Assembly (NCBI GenBank): GCA_963787445.1
Contig: CAWBCT010000013.1
Location: 1 to 64,000 of the forward strand
Direction of reading: 5' to 3'
DNA from: an uncultured archaeon
GTDB lineage: Archaea > Micrarchaeota > Micrarchaeia > Micrarchaeales > CABMGC01
Length of the DNA stretch: 64,000 bases
Shown: positions 30,485-40,147 of the stretch, piece by piece
Numbering within the stretch: position 1 is the stretch's first letter
How the letters are laid out: each line of letters begins with the position of its first letter
Position numbers and translations under genes: made by a program
The notes under the pieces: model-generated
What the model saw: the letters and a program-made list of their open reading frames with translations, nothing else
What the model was told of the DNA's origin: nothing
The model's database searches: none

Positions 30485-32311
30485 GTGGCTTCAACCCCTG
30501 ATTACAAGAAACTGGGCTTCATGTGCGGCCTCGAGATACACCAGCGCCTGGCGACCCAGCACAAGCTGTTCTGCAGCTGCACCACAAACATGGTTTCTGA
30601 GAAGCAGGTCGGCAAGATAACAAGAAGGCAGCGCGCCGTTGCCGGAGAACTCGGGGTGGTTGACCTCTCTGCAAGCTTTGAGAGCGGAAAAGCCCGAAGC
30701 TTTGTCTACGACCTTTTTAATCCAAGCACTTGTTTAGTTGATTCAGATGAAGAACCGCCGCATTCCCCAAACATTGAGGCCCTGGGCGCCTCTTTCGGCA
30801 TCGCCTACGCGCTGAACACGACGGTCCCGGACGAGATAGAGGTGATGCGCAAGAGCGTAGTTGACGGCAGCGATCCCAGTGCATTTCAGCGTACCATGCT
30901 CATAGGCCACAGCGGCAGCATAACTGTCGACAAAAAAGAGATCCCAATAACCTCAATCTTTCTTGAAGAGGAGTCCAGTGGCATCGTTTCAAGCAGCGGC
31001 GACTCGGTTGAGTACAGCCTTGACCGGCTTGCCATACCCCTCGTTGAGATCGACACCGACCCTGTAATCGAAAACCCGCAGGAGGCAAAGAAGGTTGCTA
31101 TGGCGATAGGCCTTCTTCTGAGACTGACCGGCAAGGCCCAGCGGGGCATCGGCTCAATCCGGCAGGACGTGAACGTCTCCATAAAAGAGGGAGCGCGAGT
31201 GGAGATAAAGGGCTTCCAGGAGCTGGACGTCATGGACACCATAATCGAGGCAGAGATAAACCGACAGCTAGCACTGATAGAGATAAGGAAAGAGCTAACC
31301 GTCCGCAGCGCGTATGTCGGGAAGCCGGTAGAGGTCAGGCACGTGTTTGAACATACCAAGGCGAAGATACTTCACGACCAGCTTTCCACCGGCGGCACAG
31401 TACTCGCAGCAAAGCTGAAGGGCTTTAAGGGGATAATCGGCAAGGAGATAAGCACCGACCTCCGCCTCGGCAGCGAGGTAAGCGACTATGCGAAAGGCGG
31501 AGGCGTACGCGGAATAATACACGGGGACGAGGAGATGGCAAAGTACGGAATAAGCAAGGACGAGCTTGCCGCATTGTCGAAGCTCCTCTCCCTTGAGGAT
31601 AATGACAGCTTCATGATGGTTGCGGAAAAGAAGGAGAGGGCCGAGAGTTCGATGCAGCTTGCGATAAAGAGGGCCGAGATGGCGATGCACAGCATACCCT
31701 CCGAGACCCGCGCCGCAGACGGAAAGCGGCTTACAACCCGCTTCCTGCGCCCGATACCTGGCAAGTCACGAATGTATCCTGAGACGGACATCTTCCCAAT
31801 CTCTTCAGAAGAGATAATAAAAATGGAGAAGCCCCAGTCGGTTGACGTTGACTCTGTCAGGAAAGCCCTGCATCACGAGATTGGAAATCCACAACTCGCC
31901 GATCAGATGCTTTGGTCAAGGGAGCTTCCGCTGTACAGAAAAATAGTCGACAAGACGGGAGCGCAGCCAAGCGTCGTTTCCTCCTTGCTTCTTGAAAAGA
32001 TGAAGGAGCTGAGCAGGAACGGTGTCGAGGTTGGCACCATAACCGAGGAGGCCATGATTGAGATCTTCAGGGAGTTCAAGAAGGACGCAATAACGAAGAG
32101 TGCAATCGGGGAGATACTTTCCAACACCCCGAAGAGCCCCTCAGATGTCAAGAACCTAATAAAGGAGAAGAAGCTCCACCGGATAACCGGCCAGGAGCTG
32201 GCAGAGATAGTTGCGCAGCACAAGTCAGAGAACAAAGGCGCTGCGATGAAGGAGATAATGTCGAAGTACCGCCTCAATATCGACGGCGAGGAGCTTGGCA
32301 AATTGCTTTAG
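30485..32311 (+). CDS. gatE: Glu-tRNA(Gln) amidotransferase subunit E
   Basis: GLEIHQRL..KLFC, DGSDPSAFQRT, RGIGSIRQDVNVS, RMYPETD. Confidence 0.97.
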   Translation: MASTPDYKKLGFMCGLEIHQRLATQHKLFCSCTTNMVSEKQVGKITRRQRAVAGELGVVDLSASFESGKARSFVYDLFNPSTCLVDSDEEPPHSPNIEALGASFGIAYALNTTVPDEIEVMRKSVVDGSDPSAFQRTMLIGHSGSITVDKKEIPITSIFLEEESSGIVSSSGDSVEYSLDRLAIPLVEIDTDPVIENPQEAKKVAMAIGLLLRLTGKAQRGIGSIRQDVNVSIKEGARVEIKGFQELDVMDTIIEAEINRQLALIEIRKELTVRSAYVGKPVEVRHVFEHTKAKILHDQLSTGGTVLAAKLKGFKGIIGKEISTDLRLGSEVSDYAKGGGVRGIIHGDEEMAKYGISKDELAALSKLLSLEDNDSFMMVAEKKERAESSMQLAIKRAEMAMHSIPSETRAADGKRLTTRFLRPIPGKSRMYPETDIFPISSEEIIKMEKPQSVDVDSVRKALHHEIGNPQLADQMLWSRELPLYRKIVDKTGAQPSVVSSLLLEKMKELSRNGVEVGTITEEAMIEIFREFKKDAITKSAIGEILSNTPKSPSDVKNLIKEKKLHRITGQELAEIVAQHKSENKGAAMKEIMSKYRLNIDGEELGKLL

Positions 32312-32318
32312 TGTTTTT

Positions 32319-33011
32319 ATGGAGTATCATATTCTAGGAAGCTCGATGCAGGCCCTCACCATAAACCTCGGCGAGGGCGAGCGCATCTTCGCCGACTCCG
32401 GCAAGCTGGTCAGCAAGAGCGAGAACGTGGTGATGGAGCCGCGACTCGTCGGCGGGCTCGTGGGAGGGATGGAGCGGAAGATCGTCGGCGGGACCGGGAT
32501 GCTTACGCAGTTCAAGTCGCAGGATGGGGAGGGCAGCGTTTCACTTGCCGGTGTCATGCCTGGAAAGATCCGGAGAATCCAGCTCGCCGAAGGGGATATA
32601 GTAGTTGCGGAGGACTACGCTTTCCTCGCCTGCAGCGACTCGGTGAAGTTCACCATGCAGACGGTTAACATAGGGGCGGCGTTCTTCGGAGGCGCAGGCC
32701 TGCTGCTGCAGAGGTTTGTCGGGCCGGGTGAGGTCTTCATACACGTCATCGGCGACGTGCTCGAGTACGAACTTGACGGCACCCTCAAGCTCGAGGTTGA
32801 TCCTGGGCACATCGCTGCCTTCGATGGCACCCTTAACTTCAACATACGATTTGTAGACAACATACGCACCGTCCTCTTCGGCGGCGTAGGGCTGTTCCTG
32901 GCCACTTTCAAGGGAAAGGGTAAGCTGCTGCTCCACAGCGTCTCCAGGTTCAAGTTCTCCTCCGAGGTCTTCATCGAAGGCGTCAGGCAGGAGAAGGGCA
33001 AGAAAGGGTAA
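32319..33011 (+). CDS. AIM24 (TIGR00266-like) family protein
   Basis: ILGSSMQAL.I.L..GE.I.ADSG, FFGG.GL.LQ...G.G.VF, VDPGHIAAFD. Confidence 0.9.
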   Translation: MEYHILGSSMQALTINLGEGERIFADSGKLVSKSENVVMEPRLVGGLVGGMERKIVGGTGMLTQFKSQDGEGSVSLAGVMPGKIRRIQLAEGDIVVAEDYAFLACSDSVKFTMQTVNIGAAFFGGAGLLLQRFVGPGEVFIHVIGDVLEYELDGTLKLEVDPGHIAAFDGTLNFNIRFVDNIRTVLFGGVGLFLATFKGKGKLLLHSVSRFKFSSEVFIEGVRQEKGKKG

Positions 33012-33019
33012 GCCACTCT

Positions 33020-33844
33020 TTATCTGGGGTAGACAAATCTTACGAACAGGTATAGGAAGAACACTATGGTTGTCACGAAGAAGCTTGCAGGATAGGGCAC
33101 GAAAAATGCGACCAGAAGCCCTACCCATGTTGCAAGCAGGGCGATGAGCACCGCCACAATTATTGCGTGCACCGGCTTCTTTGTCAGCCTGACCGCTATG
33201 GCCGCGGGCGTGACCATCAGCGAGAAGATAAGGAGCACTCCCACAACCTGGACCGCGATCGAGACCGAGGCTGCAAGCAAGAGCATGAAGACAATTCCGA
33301 GCAGCATAGTTCTCATGCCCTTGGCCTCCGCAACGTCCTCGTCCAGCGAGGCGAACAAGATCGGCCGGTACACGATTGCGGCGACTGCAAGGATTATCGC
33401 GCTGACCACGAGAGTCAAAAGCACGGCGCTGCTGCTGATGCCCAGGATCTCCCCGAAGAGGATGGAGTAGGCCTCGGTGGCGTAGCCTGTGTACAGGCTG
33501 ATGAACAGCACCCCGAGGCCAAGCGAGAATGCAAGAATTGAGCCCACCTGGACGTCGCTGTATGTTGCGCGCTTGCTGAGCAGGGCCATCCCTGCGCCGC
33601 TCACGCTTGTGAACAACAAAAGGCCAAAGACCGGGTTTATCCCGATTAGCACCGCCCCCGCGGCCCCTGCAAAGCCAATGTCTGCAAGGGCGTGCGCGGC
33701 GAACGCCGTACGGCGAATGACCACAAGGTAGCCGATTATTCCCGCGACGATTGCGGCGATGGTGCCTGCCTCAAACGCGTGCTGCATGAACTGGTACTGA
33801 AAAATCCCCTGAATAACTGAGATTACGTTAATATCAAACAACAT
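33020..33844 (-). CDS. znuB: Metal ABC transporter permease (ABC-3)
   Basis: FAAHALADIGFAG, LFGEIL, VGVLLIFSLMVTPA. Confidence 0.9.
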   Translation of the reverse strand: MLFDINVISVIQGIFQYQFMQHAFEAGTIAAIVAGIIGYLVVIRRTAFAAHALADIGFAGAAGAVLIGINPVFGLLLFTSVSGAGMALLSKRATYSDVQVGSILAFSLGLGVLFISLYTGYATEAYSILFGEILGISSSAVLLTLVVSAIILAVAAIVYRPILFASLDEDVAEAKGMRTMLLGIVFMLLLAASVSIAVQVVGVLLIFSLMVTPAAIAVRLTKKPVHAIIVAVLIALLATWVGLLVAFFVPYPASFFVTTIVFFLYLFVRFVYPR

Positions 33845-34631
33845 AATCCTCGCCCTCGTGGTGCTCTTCAGCACCTACAATCACAATATTGCCCTTCGAA
33901 TCCCTCAGTACCTCAACGTCTGTGCCGTACAGCGCGCTCAGGCGCTTTGATGTTAGTACTTCCTTCGGAGTGCCTGTTGCGACCTTGCCATTGGCCATGT
34001 AGATGACCTTGTCAAGGTACTGTATGAGCGGGTTGATGTCGTGCGCCACCAGGAATGCTGTAACGTTCCTTGACTTGACGACCGAGCTTATCAGCCCGAC
34101 CAGCTCCTTGATGCGCCTGATATCAAGATTCGAGAGCGGCTCGTCGAGCAGCAACATCTCCGGGTTGCTTACCAGAGCCTCCGCCAGGAAGATCCTCTGC
34201 AGCTCGCCCCCTGACAACGAGCCCAGCGGCTTCCTTGCCAGCTCAGTGGCTCCGACCGCCGCCAGCGTATCATAGGCTATCCTCTTCTCCTTGCGCGCGG
34301 AGAGGCTAAAGCCCCACTTGTTGCCCGAGAACGCGAGCCTGACGAGCTCGGCGCACTCGATGCTGGTATCGCTATCGATTGTGTGCCGCTGGGGGATGTA
34401 CCCGATCTTCGGGTTGCCACGCCTTGGGTTTGCATTAAATATGTGTATCGCTCCGCTGATCGGCTGCTGAAGGCCCAGAAGCAGGCGGAACATGGTGGTC
34501 TTGCCTGCCCCATTGGGGCCTATGACCGCCACGAACTCGCCGCGTTTCACGCTAAAGCTCGCGTCCTGCCATACCGGCTTTCCGGCGTAGCCTACCGTCA
34601 GGTTCTTGGCTACAACAATCTCCTGTTGCAT
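33834..34631 (-). CDS. znuC: Metal ABC transporter ATP-binding protein
   Basis: GPNGAGKT, IGYIPQ, LSGGELQR, LLLDEP. Confidence 0.9.
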   Translation of the reverse strand: MQQEIVVAKNLTVGYAGKPVWQDASFSVKRGEFVAVIGPNGAGKTTMFRLLLGLQQPISGAIHIFNANPRRGNPKIGYIPQRHTIDSDTSIECAELVRLAFSGNKWGFSLSARKEKRIAYDTLAAVGATELARKPLGSLSGGELQRIFLAEALVSNPEMLLLDEPLSNLDIRRIKELVGLISSVVKSRNVTAFLVAHDINPLIQYLDKVIYMANGKVATGTPKEVLTSKRLSALYGTDVEVLRDSKGNIVIVGAEEHHEGEDYVV

Positions 34632-34641
34632 TTTATTTCCC

Positions 34642-35598
34642 TTACTGGCCCAGCGCGTTCGCATTCAGCCCGTTCTCCAGCCCGAGCAGCTCCGCGTTCA
34701 TCCAGACCTGGAACGGAACGTCCGACGGCTGGATGGTCTCCGTCACTCCTACTATCGTGACGTTGTACTGCGTGGCTATCTGCTTCATCTGCTGCGTTAA
34801 AGGAGTTACAGTCTGCTCATTATATACCAATAGGGTGACGTTCCCGCTCTTGAGCTGGTTCTGGAACTGTGCAACACTCGCTGCAGGCGGGTCGTTGCCC
34901 TCGGCCACCGCTTCCATGTACGCGGGCGGGGAGATCAGGTCAAGCCCTGTGGCGTTTGCAAGGTACACGAAGATGCTCTCCGTCGATGCAACCTTGGTGC
35001 CTCCAAACTCGTGCTTGATCTGCGTCATTCTGCCGTCAACCTGTGCTAGCGAAGCGGTCACGTTTGCGTACTGCTGCGCGTAATAGCTCGCATGGGCAGG
35101 GTCGATCGATACAAGATCCAGGTACATCTGTTTAACCGTCTCGTTTACGTAGGTCGGGTTATACCAAAGATGTGGGTTTGAGCCGTTAACTACCCCAAGC
35201 AGATTTGCTACGTTTAGTACTGTTTGGTTTGGATTGTTGCTAGCAGAGATTAGTCTGAGCGCCCAATCATCATAGCCCACACCATTTACAATTACCATAT
35301 TGGCATTTGCTATATTTCTGGCATTGGCAGCGCTACTCTCATATTCATGTGGATCAGCATTAGGATCCGTGACAATGCTCGTTACGTTGACATATTTTCC
35401 GCCCACCTGCTGCATCAGACTGCCCCAGAAGTTTTCTGCTGCAACGATCTTTATCTGACCAGAGCTGTTGCTGTAGGTGTAATTGCTAACTTGACCAGTT
35501 GCCTGGCCGCCGCCATACGCAACAAAACCGACAATTGCGACTATTATTAAAACTACGGCTGCGACTCCTGCTAGGGCATATTTATTTGTTTTCTCCAT
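34642..35598 (-). CDS. znuA: Cluster A-I (Zn/Mn) ABC substrate-binding protein, membrane-anchored
   Basis: DPHEYE and NPHLWY motifs; N-terminal TM helix. Confidence 0.9.
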   Translation of the reverse strand: MEKTNKYALAGVAAVVLIIVAIVGFVAYGGGQATGQVSNYTYSNSSGQIKIVAAENFWGSLMQQVGGKYVNVTSIVTDPNADPHEYESSAANARNIANANMVIVNGVGYDDWALRLISASNNPNQTVLNVANLLGVVNGSNPHLWYNPTYVNETVKQMYLDLVSIDPAHASYYAQQYANVTASLAQVDGRMTQIKHEFGGTKVASTESIFVYLANATGLDLISPPAYMEAVAEGNDPPAASVAQFQNQLKSGNVTLLVYNEQTVTPLTQQMKQIATQYNVTIVGVTETIQPSDVPFQVWMNAELLGLENGLNANALGQ

Positions 35599-35606
35599 TC
35601 CACCAC

Positions 35607-35670
35607 TTAATAACTATTTGCAAATATATTAATAACAAAGATTAATAAAGCTTTCTGCCCAAGTTATTAA
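35607..35670. promoter_or_regulatory. Candidate NikR-family operator boxes in the divergent promoter
   Basis: TTAATAAC at 35607 and 35629, TTAATAAA at 35642, inverted GTTATTAA at 35663. Confidence 0.5.
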
Positions 35671-35692
35671 TTAAGAGAACAAAGGCAATATC

Positions 35693-36088
35693 TTGGAAAT
35701 ACTAAGCATCTCGATAGACAAAGAGGCACTGGCGCAGCTCAACGCGATCCAGAAGAAGCTGGGTTTCAAGAGCCGCTCAAAGATGCTAAGAAGCGCCGTC
35801 TTCAACATGCTGAAAGATTACGAGGCGCTTGACTCTCTCAAGGGGGAGGTTGAGAGCGTGTTCGTGCTAACCTACCGGGAGTCGGAGAAGAATCATGTCT
35901 CTGACAATTTGCACAAGTTTGAGGAGTTCATAAAGACCGAACTGCACCAGCATAACAAGGGCGTATGCATAGACATACTGAGCGTCCATACCGATGCCGA
36001 GAATACGCGCAGGATGTTCGGCGTGCTGAAGAAGAACAAGTGCATCTCCTCTGTCACGTGCTCGGTGATAGGCAGTGCTAGAAGCTAA
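35693..36088 (+). CDS. nikR: NikR-family RHH metalloregulator
   Basis: ILSISID..GFKSRSKMLR RHH domain; LH-x10-HQH-x4-C ligand pattern. Confidence 0.85.
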   Translation: MEILSISIDKEALAQLNAIQKKLGFKSRSKMLRSAVFNMLKDYEALDSLKGEVESVFVLTYRESEKNHVSDNLHKFEEFIKTELHQHNKGVCIDILSVHTDAENTRRMFGVLKKNKCISSVTCSVIGSARS

Positions 36089-36137
36089 TTGCCTCACGCA
36101 ACACTACTCTTATATACCTTTTCTGGCAATATAATGC

Positions 36138-36253
36138 TGTCAAACGGCCATAGGGACGGGGAAACGCCCGAACCCATTCCGAACTCGGAAGCTAAGCCTG
36201 TCCACGATGTGAAATACTGCCGTAGCGGTGGGAAGACACATTGCTGTTTGGCA
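36138..36253 (+). rRNA. rrf: 5S rRNA, stand-alone
   Basis: Terminal helix TGTCAAACGGC/GCTGTTTGGCA, conserved CCCATTCCGAAC..GAAGCTAAG; own TATA box and T-tract. Confidence 0.95.
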
Positions 36254-36348
36254 CTTTTTATCCCTTAGCGCAAGCCCTAAACGGCACAATTCAGGTCCAC
36301 CCACAAGGCTTATAAATCAGGCTCGGTCCTATCCTATTGGATGATTGA

Positions 36349-36762
36349 TTGCCGGTATTAGAAATACACCTATCAGGCCACGACGCCTATTTGATGGCTA
36401 CTGCCCAGTACAATGATGCTAAGACCCTTCTAGAGGAGGGAGACAAGGCCGGTGCAGGCACAGTAATACTAAAGAACCTGGACAGGTGGATGGAGATAGG
36501 TTTTCTGCTGGAGCCAGCAAAACTCGCCGAACACGCCGATCGGCCTGATATTGCTGGTGAACTGTTTGAGAAGCATGGCGACACTGAGAAGCACGCTATG
36601 GAGGGAACAAGGGGCAAGTGGCATGCTTACGAGAATGCTCTGAGAAACTATAGAGATGCAGGCGATAGAGCGTCTGTGGGCAGGGTGCTGGATAAATTGA
36701 CACTCGGCACAAGGCCCGTGTCTGGTAGCTCGCCAGCTCCACAACGCGCTCTTAGATCCTAA
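36349..36762 (+). CDS. Hypothetical helical-repeat-like protein
   Basis: 137-aa ORF with TTATAAA promoter, between 5S rRNA and tRNA-Gly. Confidence 0.55.
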   Translation: MPVLEIHLSGHDAYLMATAQYNDAKTLLEEGDKAGAGTVILKNLDRWMEIGFLLEPAKLAEHADRPDIAGELFEKHGDTEKHAMEGTRGKWHAYENALRNYRDAGDRASVGRVLDKLTLGTRPVSGSSPAPQRALRS

Positions 36763-36771
36763 TTTCATAAA

Positions 36772-36847
36772 TGGTGCGAGTGCCGGGATTTGAACCCGGG
36801 TTATTGGGTTGGAAACCCAAAGTTCTACCAGGCTATACTACACTCGC
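36772..36847 (-). tRNA. tRNA-Gly(TCC)
   Basis: GCGAGTGTAGTATAGCCTGGTAGAACTTTGGGTTTCCAACCCAATAACCCGGGTTCAAATCCCGGCACTCGCACCA; CCA encoded. Confidence 0.97.
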
Positions 36848-36961
36848 ATAGAAGCGGATAATACTTCATATCTTAACCAATATAATACTTTTCAGGGCAC
36901 TAAACCGAAGAGCTCAGAAAGCTATTTATTAACCAGCGTGCTTATAGCGTCAAGTGATAGA

Positions 36962-37603
36962 ATGGGACTACTTTTAGACGGTGTAATCGGCGTAGTGCTG
37001 CTGATAATAGTGCTGGCCGTGATAGCGATATACAACGGGCTTATCTCGAAGCGCAACCGCGTCCAGGACGCATGGGCTCAGATAGACGTGCAGCTGAAGA
37101 GAAGGTACGACCTCATTCCTAACCTGCTCGAGACTGTGAAAGGCTACGCCAAGTACGAGAAGGGCGTGCTGACCCAGGTCACAGCACTGCGTTCCTCCAT
37201 AATAACCGGAACACCTGAGCAGAAGGCTGATGCAAACAACAAGCTCAGCGCTGCGTTCAAGAGCATCTTCGCGGTTGCGGAGAACTATCCCGACCTGAAG
37301 GCCTCGCAGAACTTCAGGGACCTGCAGAGCTCCATCCAGGACACGGAGGACAAGATCTCGTTCGTCCGCACATCGTATAACGACTACGTGCTTGACTACA
37401 ACAACGGGCTGCAGCAGTTCCCGAGCAGCATCTTTGCGAACGCGTTCCACTTCCAAAAGTTCGACTACTTCCAGACCGCTGCCGAGGCAGAGCGCGAGCC
37501 CGTGAAGGTGAACTTTGACGACCTGAATGGTGGCGCACCAGCTTCACCTCTTCCTGCCCACAAAAGTGCAGGAAAGGCGGCAAAGGGCAAGAAGGGCTCC
37601 TAA
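36962..37603 (+). CDS. lemA: LemA family protein
   Basis: AWAQIDVQLKRRYDLIPNL.ETVKGY, AVAENYPDLKAS. Confidence 0.96.
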   Translation: MGLLLDGVIGVVLLIIVLAVIAIYNGLISKRNRVQDAWAQIDVQLKRRYDLIPNLLETVKGYAKYEKGVLTQVTALRSSIITGTPEQKADANNKLSAAFKSIFAVAENYPDLKASQNFRDLQSSIQDTEDKISFVRTSYNDYVLDYNNGLQQFPSSIFANAFHFQKFDYFQTAAEAEREPVKVNFDDLNGGAPASPLPAHKSAGKAAKGKKGS

Positions 37604-37616
37604 TCAGGCGTAGCGG

Positions 37617-38522
37617 ATGGCCAGCTTCTTTGACGAGATAGCGCGCAACAAGCTCAAGTCGCTGCTGCTCATGGCCATCTTCATCGCCTTCTTCGCATTC
37701 ATAGTTCGGATTTTCGTCCTGCTTCTCGGAGGCGGGCTCCTGCTCTTCCTCTTCGGCTTTGTGATAATACTCCTCTACGCCGGCTTCGTCTACCTGTACG
37801 GAGACAGCCTCACCCTGAAGATGGCGGGCTCGCAGGAGGCTGATAGAAAGCAATACAGCTCCTTGTATAGCATAGTCGAGGGAATTGCTGCCGCATCGCA
37901 GGTTCCGATGCCCAGGGTCTATCTAGTCAACGATTCTAGCCCCAACGCCTTTGCGACCGGGCGCAACAAGAAGGTGTCGGGCATCTCAGTCACCACCGGT
38001 CTGCTAAACATCATGGACAAGCGCGAGCTTCAGGGAGTGATAGCCCACGAGATGTCCCACATAGCCAACGCTGACGTGCAGTTCATGATGATCGCGATAG
38101 TTTTCGCAGGCGTGATAGGCCTCATAGCCGCCGCCATAAGGCTCAGCTTCTTCTTCGGGGGAATGAGTGGCGGCAGGGGGCGCGGCGAGGGCGGCATTAT
38201 ACTCATACTTATCGGCCTACTTATCGGAATACTTGCTCCCATCTTCGCCCTGCTTATTCGCCTTGCGATCTCAAGGCGCAGGGAGTACGTAGCTGACGCA
38301 AACGGCGCAAGGATAACTCGGGATCCGCAGGGCCTCGCCAGCGCGCTTACTAAGATAAAGGGCTACGCCTCCTCTCCGAACGCGCAGGGCGTAAAAAAGG
38401 CTAACGAAGTTGACGCACCGATGTATTTTGCAAATCCGCTGAGCGGCAAGAACATAGGCAACCTGTTCTCAACACACCCTCCGATAGACGAGCGGATCGC
38501 GCGTTTGAAGAAGATGTACTAA
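37617..38522 (+). CDS. htpX: HtpX zinc metalloprotease (M48)
   Basis: PNAFATG, AHEMSH, ISRRREYVADA, FSTHPP. Confidence 0.96.
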   Translation: MASFFDEIARNKLKSLLLMAIFIAFFAFIVRIFVLLLGGGLLLFLFGFVIILLYAGFVYLYGDSLTLKMAGSQEADRKQYSSLYSIVEGIAAASQVPMPRVYLVNDSSPNAFATGRNKKVSGISVTTGLLNIMDKRELQGVIAHEMSHIANADVQFMMIAIVFAGVIGLIAAAIRLSFFFGGMSGGRGRGEGGIILILIGLLIGILAPIFALLIRLAISRRREYVADANGARITRDPQGLASALTKIKGYASSPNAQGVKKANEVDAPMYFANPLSGKNIGNLFSTHPPIDERIARLKKMY

Positions 38523-38604
38523 ATCAATTAGTGACTGCGCACACTCCTAAGCTCTTAAGCAAATCCATAAATATGTCAAACGCCTGACTATAACTTGTGG
38601 TGAA

Positions 38605-39408
38605 ATGCAAAAAATGAGAAGACTAGCTTCAGCTGCAATTCTTGCCTGCGCTTTAGCTGGGCAAAAGGGATTGCTAGGACAGCCGGAGCAACAAAACCTG
38701 CAAGGTCCTAATTTATCATTTGCAGCCAACGAAACGGTTTCGTCCAGATATGTGAAAAGCACGGGTAGCCCGATAGGCATAGGTCCTGTACAGCAATCCC
38801 AGCTAGATCTTAATCTAGGTAACTATTTCACGGCAACAGGTTGGCAGGATTATGACACTACGCGCAGGGCCATGGATGAAGTGGACGCCTATGTGACGGC
38901 CCACAAGGAGCTCTACGCCATTAAAAATCCATATCTGGCCGGCCGCATATCTGCCAGCATAAGTGCACAGGACTGGCTTTATCCTTCTAAACTGATTAGC
39001 AGCCATGATGACCAAGCCCTTATCTCAACACTGACCTATGCCGGCCCTATAACCCTAAAATTTACTGAGAAGCACATGCTTACTAATGGTTTGACTTGGA
39101 GCAGAAATAATTATGTCTTTGATTTATCAAAAGCGTTTGAGGTAGGTTCATGGGGGAGCTCAAAACTTACTCTAGCTCCTACCTTTAGGGTTGCATACGA
39201 TGACAATTTCTTCGGGTATAACGGCTGGAATATCATGACCCCAGGCGGCTCTCTGAAGTTCTCCACAGACAACATTTCAATAGAGGTATTCGAAAAGAAG
39301 GAATTTAGAATGAATGTCCCACCAACAAAAAGAGGGTTTTCTTACGGGGGCGTGTCGGTGACATTTAATGACTTACCAAGGACTATTAAAGGTCTGAAAA
39401 GGCACTAA
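38605..39408 (+). CDS. Secreted protein with predicted 12-stranded beta-barrel (TorF/Gcw_chp porin-like)
   Basis: Signal peptide; VSSRYV..G....GPVQQ, W..YD...DEVDAY, WLYP and YGGVSVTF; twelve amphipathic strands counted by eye. Confidence 0.6.
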   Translation: MQKMRRLASAAILACALAGQKGLLGQPEQQNLQGPNLSFAANETVSSRYVKSTGSPIGIGPVQQSQLDLNLGNYFTATGWQDYDTTRRAMDEVDAYVTAHKELYAIKNPYLAGRISASISAQDWLYPSKLISSHDDQALISTLTYAGPITLKFTEKHMLTNGLTWSRNNYVFDLSKAFEVGSWGSSKLTLAPTFRVAYDDNFFGYNGWNIMTPGGSLKFSTDNISIEVFEKKEFRMNVPPTKRGFSYGGVSVTFNDLPRTIKGLKRH

Positions 39409-40095
39409 CTTCTTACTAGATATATGAGGACCGACTTGCCTCGTTCTCCTTTCCTTTAACACTCCTTGACTCCCGTGGCTTTCCGCAAACTCCGCGTAGT
39501 ATCTGTCTACTGTGGTCTGAGGATCATCCCTATTTAGCCTTTTAAGTATGCTAACCTTTTTCATCCCGTTGCGACCACGGCCCAGGGCGCTCCTAACCTT
39601 AGGGTCCCTGAAGATTTTTCCAAGAAAACCGACCAGCTCGCGGGAAAGACTCTCGTGATGTCTCTCAAGAATACCTTCTATGGCAATTTCATTTGCGTTT
39701 ATTGGAGAGCTTAACAAATCTATCCTGTTGTCATTAATCAGCCGCTTTGCAACCACGACCTGTGCTATTGCAAGTTTTAAGATCTCAGGCTTTACTTTTG
39801 GCTTTGATAGCAACAGAGCGAGCGCACCCTTCTCGCTTCCCGAGGCGATGTACTCCTCTAGCGTGTTCCCTCCACTGCTCCTCATGGCGAGCGCCTCGTC
39901 GTCTTGCACGGCAACAGCGACATGGTTTTCATCGTTCCTTATCGCAATGAATAAATTGCGGCCATCCGGAGGATTTGGGTTCTTCTTGAATTCCTGTATG
40001 AATCTGAGGGACTCTGCCCTGAGCTGAACTGGTTCTCTCGGAGCCCCGCTGCCCCCTCTCGCTGCGTGCTTTGGAGGAGCTGCGCTTACGATCAT
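39373..40095 (-). CDS. Hypothetical protein
   Basis: 240-aa ORF with TTTAAATA promoter; convergent overlap with the barrel-like gene. Confidence 0.6.
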   Translation of the reverse strand: MIVSAAPPKHAARGGSGAPREPVQLRAESLRFIQEFKKNPNPPDGRNLFIAIRNDENHVAVAVQDDEALAMRSSGGNTLEEYIASGSEKGALALLLSKPKVKPEILKLAIAQVVVAKRLINDNRIDLLSSPINANEIAIEGILERHHESLSRELVGFLGKIFRDPKVRSALGRGRNGMKKVSILKRLNRDDPQTTVDRYYAEFAESHGSQGVLKERRTRQVGPHISSKKLVPFQTFNSPW

Positions 40096-40147
40096 AATAT
40101 CACAACCTAACCCTTGTTGAATGTGATATTTAAATCATTTGTATAGG

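Noticed and set aside
36254-36771. Integrated element at tRNA-Gly
   Set aside because: No duplicate of the tRNA 3' end and no integrase seen.
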